Under the pieces are notes generated by a model. That model was not told where the DNA came from, made no database searches, and saw only the letters and a list, made by a program, of their open reading frames with translations. Shown here one piece after another: positions 11,357 to 21,383 of a DNA stretch of 33,525 nt. Position 1 is the first letter of the stretch, and every line of letters starts with the position of its first letter. The position numbers and the translations under genes were made by a program. The DNA comes from Chiloscyllium plagiosum (Eukaryota): positions 272,482 to 306,006 of the forward strand of contig NC_057753.1 in the NCBI RefSeq assembly GCF_004010195.1, read 5' to 3'.

Positions 11357-13625
11357 ATGGACTGGAGTGGGCCCAGCAGCACGGGCCGGAGTGGGCCCAG
11401 AAACATGGACTGGAGTGGGCTCCGCACCAGGGACTGGAGTGGGCCCTGCACCAGGGACTGGAGTGGGCCCAGCCGCACGGTCTGGAGTGAGCCCAGCAGC
11501 ACGGACTGGAGTGGGCCCAGCAGCACGGGCCGGAGTGGGCCCAGAAACATGGACTGGAGTGGGCTCTGCACCAGGGACTGGAGTGGGCCCTGCACCAGGG
11601 ACTGGAGTGGGCCCAGCCGCACAGGCTGGAGTGGGCCCAGCCGCACGGTCTGGAGTGAGCCCAGCAGCACGGACTGGAGTGGGCCCATGAGGATGGACTG
11701 GAGTGGACCCTGCAGGATGAACTAGAGTGGGCCAAGCAGCAGGAACTGGAGTGGGCCCAGCACCAGGGACGGGAGTGGGCTCAGCAGCACGGACTGGAGA
11801 GGGCTCAGCAGCACGGGCTGGTGTGAGCCCAGCTGCATGGGCTGGAGTGGGCCCAGCAGCACTGACTGGAGTGGGCACTGCAGGATGGACTAGAGTGGGT
11901 CCAGCAGAATGGACTGGAGTGGGCCCAGCAGCACGGGCTGGAGTGGGCCCAGCAGCATGGGCAGGACTGCGCCCAGCACCAGGAACTGGAGTGGGCCCAG
12001 CAGCACGGACTGGAGTGGGCCCAGCAGCACAGGCTGGAGTGGACCCAGCAGCACGGACTGGAGTGGACCCAGCAGCACGGTCTGGAGTGAGCCCAGCAGC
12101 ACGAGCTGGTGTGAGCCCAGCAGCACGGGCTGGAGTGGACCCAGCAGCACAGACAGGACTGGGCCCAGCAGCACATACTGGAATAGGCCCAGCAGCAAGG
12201 GCTGGATTGGGCCCAGCAGCACAGACTGGAGTGGGCCCAGCAGCACGGGCTGGTGTGAGCCCAGCAGTATGGACTAGATTGGGCCCTGCAGCACGGCTTG
12301 GAGTGGGCCCAGCAGGATGAACTGGAGTGGGCCCAGCAGCACGGACTGGAGTAGGCCCAGCAGGATGGACTGGAGTGGGCCCAGCAGCACGGACTGGAGT
12401 AGGCCCAGCAGGATGGACTGGAGTGGGCCCAGCAGCACGGACTGGAGTAGGCCCAGCAGGATGGACTGGAGTGGGCCCAGCAGCACGGACTGGAGTAGGC
12501 CCAGCAGGATGGACTGGAGTGGGCCCAGCAGCACATCTGGAGTGGGCCCAGCAGTACAGGCTGGAGTGGGCCCAGCAGCTCGGACTGGAGTGGGCCCAAC
12601 AGCACGGACTGGACTGGGCCCAGCAGCAGGGACTGGAGTGGGCCCAGCAGCACAGGCCGGAGTGGGCCCAGCAGCACTGACTGGAGTGGACCCAGCAGCA
12701 CGGCTGGAGTGGGCCCAGCAGCACAGGCCGGAGTGGGCCCAGCAGCATGGTCTGGAGTGGACCCAGCAGCACAGCTGGAGTGGGCCCTGCAGGATGGACT
12801 GGAGTGGGCCCAGCAGCATGGACTGGAGTGGGCCCAGCAGGATGGACTGGAGTGGGCCCAGCAGCATGGACTGGAGTGGGCCCAGCAGGATGGACAGGAG
12901 TGGACCCAGCAACACAGACTAGAGTGGGCCCAGCAGCATGGACATGTGTGAGCCCAGCAGCACGGACTGGACTGGTCACAGCAGGATGGACTGGAGTGGG
13001 CTCTGCAGGATGGACTAGAGTGGGCCCAGCAACATGGATGGGAGTGGGCCCAGCTCAAGGGACTGGAGTGGGCCCAGCAGCACAGGCTGGAGTGGGCCCA
13101 GCAGCAGGGGACTATCAGGATGGACTGGAGTGGGCCCAGCAGCACTGACTGGAGTGTGCCCAGCTGCACGTGCTGGAGTGGGCCCAACTGGATGGACTGG
13201 AGTGCACCCTGCAGTATGGACTAGAGTGGGCCCTGCAGCACGGCTTGGAGTGGGCCCAGCAGCATGGACTGGAGTGGGCCCAGCAGCACGGACTGGAGTG
13301 GGCCCAGCAGTACAGGCTGGAGTGGGCCCAGCAACACAGACAGGACTGGGCCCAGCAGCACATACTGGAATGGGCCCAGCAGCAAGGGCTGGAGTGGGCC
13401 CAGCAGCACTGACTGGAGTGGGACCATCAGGATGGACTGGAGTGGGCCCAGCAGCACTGACTGGACTGTGCCCAGCAGCATGAACTGGAGTGCGCCCTGC
13501 AGTATGTACGAGAGTGTGCCCTGCAGCACGGCTTGGAGTGGGCCCAGCAGGATGGACTGGAGTGGGCCCTGCAGCATGGACTGGAGTGGGCCCAGCAGCA
13601 TGGACTGGAGTGGGCCCAGCAGCAT

Positions 13626-13783
13626 GGACATGCTAAATTGCCCGTAGTGTTAGGTGCATTAGTCAGGGGAAAGGTAGAGTAATAGGGGTGGGGGAATGGG
13701 TATGGGTGGGATAGTCTTCAGAGAGTTGGTGTGGACTCGTTGGGCCTAATGGCCTGTTTTCTCATTGTCGGGATTCTATGAAT
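13626..13783 (+). mobile_element. 5'-truncated V-SINE (3' half)
   Basis: CATGCTAAATTGCCCGTAGTGTTAGGTGCATTAGTCAGGGG...GTGGACTCGTTGGGCCTAATGGCCTGTTTT matches the 3' half of other copies in the window. Confidence 0.85.
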
Positions 13784-13794
13784 TCAAAAAGAAG

Positions 13795-14230
13795 TGGAGC
13801 CAGTATTCCAGAAGGATCCTCACCAGGGTCCTGCACAACCTCGACATCATATCCCAACGTCTCTGCTCACAGGTCTGAAGCCAAGCGTGCTAAACACCTT
13901 CTTAACCACCCTAGCTGGAGGTGAGGCAGACTTCCAAGATTTCTGTGCGTGAAGCCCTCGGCCTCTCTGTTTTACACCACCACCCCAGGGCCTACATTTG
14001 GTTGTATGAGTCTTGTCCTTGTCTGTTTTCCCGAAGCGCCGTCCCTCACGTTTATCCAAATTAAACTGCGGTTGTCACTTCCCAGCCCATTGACCCAATT
14101 CATCAGGAACTCTCAGCAATCTTCGAGACCCTACTTCACTGCCCGCTACGCCACCAAGCTTGGTGTCATCTGCAAACGTACGAAGCGAACCTTCGATATT
14201 CTCATCCAAAACAGAAGTGGACCCAGCGCC
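13795..14230 (-). mobile_element. Old CR1 RT fragment
   Basis: Minus strand has FADDTKLG at ~14155-14177, followed by degenerate QFNLDK.E and RVVKKVFSTL. Confidence 0.75.
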
Positions 14231-14704
14231 GGGGCCTCTAGTCCAAGAAACCACCCTCCGCCATCACTCTGGGCGCACGGTGGGTGTCAGCGGTCCCTTC
14301 CCCACTCCCCACTGCCTGGTCGGGCAGCTAGTGCTTTGCAAATGAGGCACGGTCAGCCCAGGGTGGGTGTGACGTGCACACTGCACAGCAGGATCCCACT
14401 CGCTGCTGCCTTAATAGCGGGCGGCGATGGGTTGCGGTCTTTGAGGTTGGTTACCGTGATGCGGCCATTGCCTGGACCCCTCCATTCCACCGATTTGGCA
14501 TGGAGGGTGGAAGGGGTTGGGGTGGCCTCTATGCTACCGTCCTGGCTGAGAAAACGCAACCCCCTCCCCTCCCCTCCCATCCCACTCCACTCCCAGCAGG
14601 AAACCTGGAACGCGTGAGTCACAATCTCCAGCCCGATGTTACAGGCCAATGCCCGTCTCAACCTGGCCCCTTTCATTCCCCCAATGAGAATCTACTTGTT
14701 AATA

Positions 14705-15119
14705 CACTTTCTGATAGGAATGAGACCAGAATTGCAGGCAATATTCAACAGTGGCCGAACCAATGTCCTGTGCAGCCGCAACATGTCCTCCCAACTCCTG
14801 TACTGAATACTCTGACCAATAAAGGACAGCATACCAAACGCCGCCTTCACTATCCTATCTACCTGCGACTCCACTTTCAAGGAGCTATGAACCTGCACTC
14901 CAAGGTCTCTTTGTTCAGCAACACTCCCCAGGACCTTACCATTAAGCGTATAAGTCCTGCTAAAATTTGCTTTCCCAAAATGCAGCACCTCACATTTATC
15001 TGAATTAAACTCCATCTGCCACTTCTCAGCCCATTGGCCCATCTGGTCCAGATCCTGTTGTAATATGAGGTAACCCTCATCGCTGTCCACTACACCTCCA
15101 ATTTTGGTGTCATCTGCAA
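14705..15119 (-). mobile_element. CR1 RT fragment
   Basis: ADDTKIG...LQQDLDQMGQWAEKWQMEFNSDKCEVLHFG...QRDLGVQVH...LVRPLL (ORF 14692-15090). Confidence 0.93.
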
Positions 15120-15484
15120 NNNNNNNNNNNNNNNNNNNNNNNNNNNNNNNNNNNNNNNNNNNNNNNNNNNNNNNNNNNNNNNNNNNNNNNNNNNNNNNNN
15201 NNNNNNNNNNNNNNNNNNNNNNNNNNNNNNNNNNNNNNNNNNNNNNNNNNNNNNNNNNNNNNNNNNNNNNNNNNNNNNNNNNNNNNNNNNNNNNNNNNNN
15301 NNNNNNNNNNNNNNNNNNNNNNNNNNNNNNNNNNNNNNNNNNNNNNNNNNNNNNNNNNNNNNNNNNNNNNNNNNNNNNNNNNNNNNNNNNNNNNNNNNNN
15401 NNNNNNNNNNNNNNNNNNNNNNNNNNNNNNNNNNNNNNNNNNNNNNNNNNNNNNNNNNNNNNNNNNNNNNNNNNNNNNNNNNNN
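15120..15484. other. Assembly gap (365 N)
   Basis: Run of N. Confidence 1.
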
Positions 15485-15838
15485 GGCTTTCATTAACAGG
15501 GGGATCGAGTTTAAGAGCCGTGAGGTTTTGCTGCAGCTCTACAAGTCCCTGGTGAGATCACACTTGGAATATTGTGTCCAGTTCTGGTCGCCCTACTATA
15601 GGAAAGACACAGAGGCTTTGGAGAGGGTGCAAAGAAGGTTTACCAGGATGCTGCCTGGACTGGAGGGCTTGCCTCATGAAGAAAGGTTAAATAAGCTCGG
15701 ACTTTTCTCTGTGGAGAGAAGGAGGGAGAGGAGACCTGATCCAGGTGTACTAAATAATGAGAGGAATAGATAGAGTCAATAGCCAAAGACATTTCCCCAG
15801 GGCAGGATTGACTGGTTCGAGCGGTCATAGTTTGAAGA
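15485..15838 (+). mobile_element. CR1 ORF2 C-terminal fragment
   Basis: LQLYKSLVRSHLEYCVQFWSPYYRKDTEALERVQRRFTRMLPGL. Confidence 0.93.
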
Positions 15839-15868
15839 TGTGTTTGTTGATAGAGTTCCGGTTGGATC

Positions 15869-16085
15869 AGAGTTAGACCCCATCTACCACCCACTGAGAA
15901 AAGGAACAGGAAGTGACTTCACCACAGGAAATGACATCACCAACCCAAAGAAACCCAAACATATAAATAGAAAGCAGGACTCATGAACAGTGCTTTGCCA
16001 GAGGCCCACTGAAGATGTTACCTAGTAGGGTGACGAAACATCTGGAAACAAACCTTCCAACTCAGCGAGCAAACCCACATCCAAA
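15869..16085 (+). mobile_element. Penelope-like element 3' end (pLTR region)
   Basis: ELDPIYHPLR, as I recall the PLE ORF C-terminus, is followed by a TATAAATA box and a hammerhead-like motif. Confidence 0.75.
16005..16045 (+). ncRNA. Minimal type I hammerhead ribozyme motif (helix III palindrome mutated)
   Basis: CCA-CTGAAGA-t-GTTACCT/agta/GGGTGAC-GAAA-CATC-TGG. The CUGANGA and GAAA cores, helix II and a short helix I are present. ACAT replaces the usual ACGT. Confidence 0.7.
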
Positions 16086-16194
16086 ATAAAAGGCAGACAA
16101 AGCTCGTATTCCCACGGCAACACCTTTGATTTGGAGGAAGTGAGTGGAGTGACAGCGTAAGTTGTCACGAATGAGGAAACACAGCCAGCTGGAG

Positions 16195-16650
16195 AAGGTG
16201 GTGACACGGGTGCAGTGTCACTGGCTTAGTAAGTCGAAGGGTCCCATCTCAGTGCACCGGGGATGTGGAACTGAATCCCATCTCACTGCAGATGGTGGCA
16301 AGGCACAAGCACTGTGGAAGTTATACATTCCAGTGTGGAAAAAAACAGAAAGTGATGGTATTATTCACACGGTGATAGATTGGGAAGTGTGGACGTGCAA
16401 AGTGGCTGAGTATCACCAGTCATTGAAAGCTGATGGGCAGTCACACCAAGCAATTATGAAGGGGAATGGTCCATTGGCTTGTGTGTGACCCACTGAAAAT
16501 CCAGACAGCGCGTGTCTCCCAGTCCCAATGAACCCCATCACACTGCGTCACCCAGAGAGTGATTCCCAAGGGGATGAAAGATTATTGGGGATAACAGGAA
16601 CATAGATTTGAGGTTAAGTTGACATCAGCCATGGTCTTATTGACTTTGCA
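16195..16650 (+). mobile_element. Mosaic of old fragments: Deu/SacSINE-like head (~16195-16300), CR1 RT piece (~16335-16485), CR1 tail (~16565-16650)
   Basis: Weak by-eye similarity to the SINE at 20346 and to CR1 pieces elsewhere in the window. Confidence 0.45.
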
Positions 16651-16969
16651 AAGCCAGGAGTAAGATCCTCTCTGAGACATTAATGGCCGCTTTCAGAGTG
16701 TGCTAACAACACCGGTTAGGCACACAGGTCAAGAATGGTGTATTGCTCAACCACACCATGCCGGGGAAGATGTGATCATACCAGAACCATTGCAGAAGGG
16801 ATTGACGTGGGCAGCACGGTGGCTCAGTGGTTAGCACTGCTGCCTCACAGCACTAGGGTCCCAGGTTCGATTCCACCCTCGGGTGACTGTCTGTGTGGAG
16901 TTTGCACATTCTCCCCGTGTTTGTGTGGGTTTCCTCCAGGTGCTCTGGTTTTATCCCACAGTCCAAAGG

Positions 16970-17453
16970 TATGCAGGCTAGGGTGGATTGGCCACGCTAA
17001 ATTACCTAGAGTGTCCAGGGATGTGTAGGTTAGGGTGGATTGGCCGTGTAAAATTACCCATAGTGTCCAGGGATGTGTAGGTTAGGGTGGATTGGCCATG
17101 CTAAATACCCAGAGTACTCAGGGATGTGTAGGTTAGGGTGGATTGGCCATGTTGAATTACCCAGAGTGTCCAGGGATGTGTAGGTTAGGGTGGATTGGCC
17201 ATGTTGAATTACCCAGAGTGTCCAGGGGTTTGTAGGTTAGTGTGAATTGTGTGTGCTAAATTACCCAGAGTGTTCAGGTTCGGGTGAATTGGCTGTGCTA
17301 AATTACCCATAGTGCCCAGGGGGTGAATTGGCTGTGCTAAATTACCCATAGTGCCCAGGGATATGCAGGTTAGGGTAGATTGACCGTGCGAAATTACCCA
17401 TAATGGCCAGGGATGTGCAGGCTAGGGTAGATTGACCGTGCGAAATTACCTAT
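16970..17453 (+). repeat. ~52-bp SINE-derived minisatellite, about 10 copies
   Basis: Unit GGTTAGGGTGGATTGGCCATGCTAAATTACCCAGAGTGTCCAGGGATGTGTA. ATGTGTA recurs at 17021, 17073, 17124 and 17176. Later units are shortened. Confidence 0.93.
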
Positions 17454-17456
17454 GAT

Positions 17457-17700
17457 GGGTGGCACGGTGGCACAGTGGTTAGCACTGCTGCCTCACAGCG
17501 CCAGAGACCCGGGTTCNNNNNNNNNNNNNNNNNNNNNNNNNNNNNNNNNNNNNNNNNNNNNNNNNNNNNNNNNNNNNNNNNNNNNNNNNNNNNNNNNNNN
17601 NNNNNNNNNNNNNNNNNNNNNNNNNNNNNNNNNNNNGCGGTGTGGACTTGTTGGGCCGAAGGGCCTGTTTCCACACTGTAAGTAATCTGATCTAATCTAA
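17457..17700 (+). mobile_element. V-SINE nested in the previous SINE (contains gap 17517-17636)
   Basis: New tRNA head GGGTGGCACGGTGGCACAGTGG before the gap and a tail ending TCTAATCTAA after it. Confidence 0.8.
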
Positions 17701-18044
17701 TGTGCAGGCTAGGTGGGTTAGCTTTGGGAAATACAGGGATAGGGTGGGTCTGGTGGGGGGAGGTGGTGTTAGTCTGGACTTGATGGGTTGAATGGCCTGT
17801 TTCCACATTGTAAGGATTCTGTGACATGTGGTTCTCGGCCAGTTCCAGGAGAGATTGGACAGGCTGGGGTTATTTCTTTTGCGTCAGAAGCACACTGAGA
17901 AGTGCCCCAATGGATGCATATCAAAGTGTGAAGTACGGTCATCGGACTGCAAACGATTAATCTTCACCAAGCAGGGTTACACACCAGGGCAGGTGGATTT
18001 ACTCTTCAGCTTTCAGTCATACCAAAATCAGAACAAAGAGCAGG

Positions 18045-18215
18045 GTCGATCATTTAGTGCCATCAATCTGCTCTGCAGTGTTACCTCCTGCCTCCTCCCA
18101 ATTACCTTTCACTCCCTTGCCGAGCAAGAATCCACCCACCACTGCCTTCAAAGTATTCAAAGACTCTGCTGCTGCCACGTCCTTTTCAGGAGAAGCCTTC
18201 CATGGCTGTGACTCT
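18045..18215 (-). mobile_element. Old CR1 3' fragment
   Basis: Minus strand reads degenerate W..LPE..V.AESLNTLK..V..FL..KGVKG. Confidence 0.6.
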
Positions 18216-18229
18216 GGAGCTGCATTTAG

Positions 18230-19023
18230 ACGGATGTGAGGTGCCGCATTTTGGAAAGGCAAACACTTAACACTTAATAATGGACTTATACACTTAATGG
18301 TAAGGTCCGAGGGAGTGTTGCTGAACAAAGAGACCTTGGAGTGCAGGTTCATAGCTCCTTGAAAGTGGAATCGCAGGTAGATAGGATAGTGAAGAAGGCG
18401 TTTTGTATGCTTTCCTTTATTGGTCAGAGTATTGAGTACAGGAGTTGGGAGGTCATGTTGCGGCTGTTGGTTAGGCCACTGTTGGAATATTGCGTGCAAT
18501 TCTGGTCTCCCTGCTATAGCAAAGATGTTGTTATATTTGAAAGGCTGTAGAAAAGATTGACAAGGATGTTGCTAGGGTTAGAGGGTTTGAGCTGTAGGGA
18601 AAGGCAGATTAGGCTGGGGCTGTTTTCCATGGAGTGTCAGAGGCTGAAGGGTGACCTTATAGAGGTTTACAAAATCATGAGAGGCATGGGTAGGATGAAT
18701 ATACAAGGTCATTTCCCCCAGGGTTGGGGGAGTCCAGAACTAGACAGCACAGGTTTCAAGTGAAAGAGGAAAAATTTAAAAGGGATTTACGGGGCAACTT
18801 TTTCATGCAAAGGACGGATGATGTGTATATGGAATGAGCTGCCAGAGGAAGTGGTGGAGGCTGGTGCAATGACAACATTTAAAAGGCATCTGGATGGGTA
18901 TGTGAATGGGAAGGATTGAGAGGGATATGGGCCAAGTGCTGGCAAATGGGACTAGATTATTTTGGATATCTGGTCGGCCTAGACTGAATGGTCTGTTTCT
19001 GTGCTGTACATCTCTCTGACTCT
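18230..19023 (+). mobile_element. 5'-truncated CR1 with 3' tail
   Basis: QRDLGVQVHSSLKVESQVDRIVKKAF..LVRPLLEYCVQFWSP..WNELPEEVV, ending GTTTCTGTGCTGTACATCTCTCTGACTCT. Confidence 0.92.
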
Positions 19024-19029
19024 GGTCAC

Positions 19030-20115
19030 CACACTGTCAGAAGGATGTGATAGCACTAGAGAGGGTGTGGAGGAGATTTGCCAGGACATTGCCTGGCCCA
19101 CAGCGATTCTGCTGTGAGGAGAGACCCAGCAGGTTGGGCTTGTTTCCCTGTGTCTCTGTGTGTGAGGGAAAAGGAAATACGATAGACGTGCACAAAGTTA
19201 TGAGGGAGACGGATGGACAGACGGCGAGAGAGAGAAACCGCCCCCGCCCCGGTTGAGACATCAAAGACCAGGGGCAACATTTTTAAGTGGAGGGTTCAGA
19301 GCAAGTTTGAAAAAAGAAAACTTCACTCAGAAGGTGATGGGAATCTGGGACTCACCGTCGACAAGGGCGGTAGTGGCAGGAACCCTCAAGACATTTAAGA
19401 AGTTAAATGAATATGTTAGGGTGAGGTGGCCCAGGACGTTGGTGAGTACTGTGCCCAGTTCCAGTCTCCCTGCTGTACGAGGGATATTATTGAAGCTGGA
19501 GAGGGTTCAGAAGAGATTTCCCAGGGGATGTTGTCAGGAATGAAGGGTTTGAGTTATAAGGAGAGGCTGGACAGGCTGTGAACATAGGAGATTGAGACGT
19601 GAGCTTATAGAGGTTCATAAAATCATGAGTGAATGACAGGTGGCTGTTCCCTCAGCTGCGGGGTTTCAAGGCGAGGGGGCATATTTTTAAGGTGAGAGGA
19701 GAAAGATTTATGAAACATTTTTAAAAAACATGTTTAAAAAACAGTTTTTTTTACACAGAAGTAGTTTGTGTGTGGAATGAACTTCCAGAGGAACTGGTGG
19801 ATGTGGATACAGTTATGTTTAAAAGACAGTTAGGTACAGACACGAATAAGAAATGTTTGGAAGGATATGGGCCAAGCGCAGGCAGGTAGGACTAGTTCAG
19901 TTTGGGGTTATGGCCAGCATGGACTGGTTGGACCGAAGGGCCTGTTTCCACGCTGTATGACTCTAGGACTCCAAGTATTGAGATGAGCACTTGAAATGCC
20001 ACAGCATATAAGACCAAGCGCTGGAAAATGGGATTGGAATAGATGGAGTTTGATGACTGACATGGACATGACTGGCCGAAGGGTGTCTTTCACTGCTGAC
20101 TCTGACTCTGCTCTG
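19030..20115 (+). mobile_element. Old CR1 3' fragment with a second CR1 3' fragment (~19420-19965) nested inside
   Basis: The outer copy (IALERVWRRFARTLPG...TLKTFKK) resumes at ~19972 and ends in GACTCT repeats. The inner copy has its own tail GGGCCTGTTTCCACGCTGTATGACTCTA. Confidence 0.75.
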
Positions 20116-20345
20116 TGACTCACAACTCTCAGAAACAAAGGAAAGGTCACCTCATTTCTGTCTTAAATGGGTGACCACTGATGTATAAGAAGTAACCCTA
20201 GCTCTGGATTCTCCACGTACACCCTGACAAGACACCTCAGGATCTGACATGGTCTAATCAGGTCATCTCTTCCTCTCCAAGTTCCAGCAGATACAAACCA
20301 AGCCTGCCCAAACTTTTGGAAGACGAGAGGGGAGATGAGGAAGTA

Positions 20346-20680
20346 GGGAGGTGATGGCCTAGTGGTATTATCACTGGACTGTTAACCCCGAGACCCAGGT
20401 AGTGTGCTGGGGAACCATGGATTCAAATCCCACCGTGGGCAGATGGTGCAATTTGAATTCAATAAACATTTGGAATGAAGACGCTAATGATGACCATGAA
20501 TCCCTTGCCAATATTTGGAAAAACCCTTTAGCCATAACTAATGTTACCTTTACCTGATGTGGATTCCATGTGACTCCAGACCCACAGCAATATGGTTGAC
20601 TGTTAACTGTTCCCTTGGCAAGTAGGGATGCCAATAAATATTGGCCTAGACAGCGATGCTCTCATCCCGTGAATGAATTT
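20346..20680 (+). mobile_element. SacSINE1/DeuSINE-like tRNA-derived SINE
   Basis: A box TGGCCTAGTGG, B-like GGATTCAAATCC, core GTGACTCCAGACCCACAGCAATATGGTTGAC and tail AATAAATATTGGCC...CATCCCGTGAATGAAT, which is shared with the LINE tail at ~23280-23330. Confidence 0.72.
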
Positions 20681-20809
20681 TAAAGAAAGGTTTTTGCCTC
20701 GAAGGGTGTAGGGTGTAGGGTGCTGGAACTCACTGCATGCAAGGGTGGGACAGGCAAAATACCTCACCACATTTAAAAAGTACTTGAATCTCTCTTTGCA
20801 AAGCAAAGG

Positions 20810-21085
20810 TTCAGCCAGGGTTACAGCCTCAGGTGACTGTCTCTGTGAGGTTTGCACATTCTCCCCGTGTCTGTGTGGGTTTCCTCCGGGTGCTCCGGTT
20901 CCCTCCCACAGTCCAAAGATGTGCAGGCCAGGGTGGATTGGCCATGTTAAATTGCCCATGGTGTTAGGTGTATTAGTCAGAGGGGAATGGGGCTGGGCGG
21001 GACACTCTTTGGAGGGTCGGTGTGGACTGGTTGGGCTGAAGGGCCTGTTTCCACACTAGAGAATCGAATCTAATCTAACCTAATC
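20810..21085 (+). mobile_element. 5'-truncated V-SINE
   Basis: V-core and tail ending AATCTAATCTAACCTAATC. Confidence 0.9.
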
Positions 21086-21383
21086 ACAGATGGAGTTCAG
21101 CAAAGGCTGGCATGCTCTTTTTTTTTGGTTAATCGCAAGGAGTTTAGAGTATAGCACTAACAGAAGTCATAGAGTTGTTGCACAGCATGGAAACAGACTC
21201 CGGTGTGGACTGGTTGGGCTGAAGGGCCTGTTTCCACACTAGAGAATCGAATCTAATCTAACCTAATCACAGATGGAGTTCAGCAAAGGCTGGCATGCTC
21301 TTTTGTTTTGGTTAATCGCAAGGAGTTTGGAGTATAGCACTAACAGAAGTCATAGAGTTGTTGCACAGCACGGAAACAGACTC
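21018..21383. repeat. 183-bp near-perfect direct tandem duplication
   Basis: CGGTGTGGACTGGTTGGGCTGAAG...GGAAACAGACTC starts at 21018 and again at 21201, with about 3 substitutions visible. Confidence 0.93.

Larger units (their letters stand above)
4118..13632. repeat. 24-bp GC-rich minisatellite array, consensus GGACTGGAGTGGGCCCAGCAGCAC, roughly 370 sequenced units
   Basis: Visible directly. Translations give 8-aa periodic peptides (GLEWAQQH, DWSGPSST, TGVGPAAR, VLLGPLQS, CCWAHSSP, AAGPTPVR). The unit count is estimated from non-N length divided by 24. Confidence 0.98.
16809..17825 (+). mobile_element. V-SINE with internal tandem expansion and a nested second SINE
   Basis: Head GGGCAGCACGGTGGCTCAGTGG at 16809, V-core to ~16970, then the repeat array. 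The remaining tail lies at ~17700-17825. Confidence 0.85.

Noticed and set aside
4118..13632. CRISPR array
   Set aside because: The units are contiguous with no unique spacers, there are no cas genes, and the context is vertebrate.
4074..13647. Dozens of long overlapping ORFs (up to 1085 aa) as protein-coding genes
   Set aside because: They occur in all six frames because the 24-bp unit has no stops. They switch peptide type at indels, and some span N gaps. Not called as CDS; the residual coding hypothesis is kept as a finding.
14692..15090. Functional reverse transcriptase gene
   Set aside because: A short CR1 fragment that frameshifts at its end. No intact ORF2 exists anywhere in the window.
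16975..17400. Interstitial telomeric repeat
   Set aside because: TTAGGG occurs only once per 52-bp SINE-derived unit, not in tandem.
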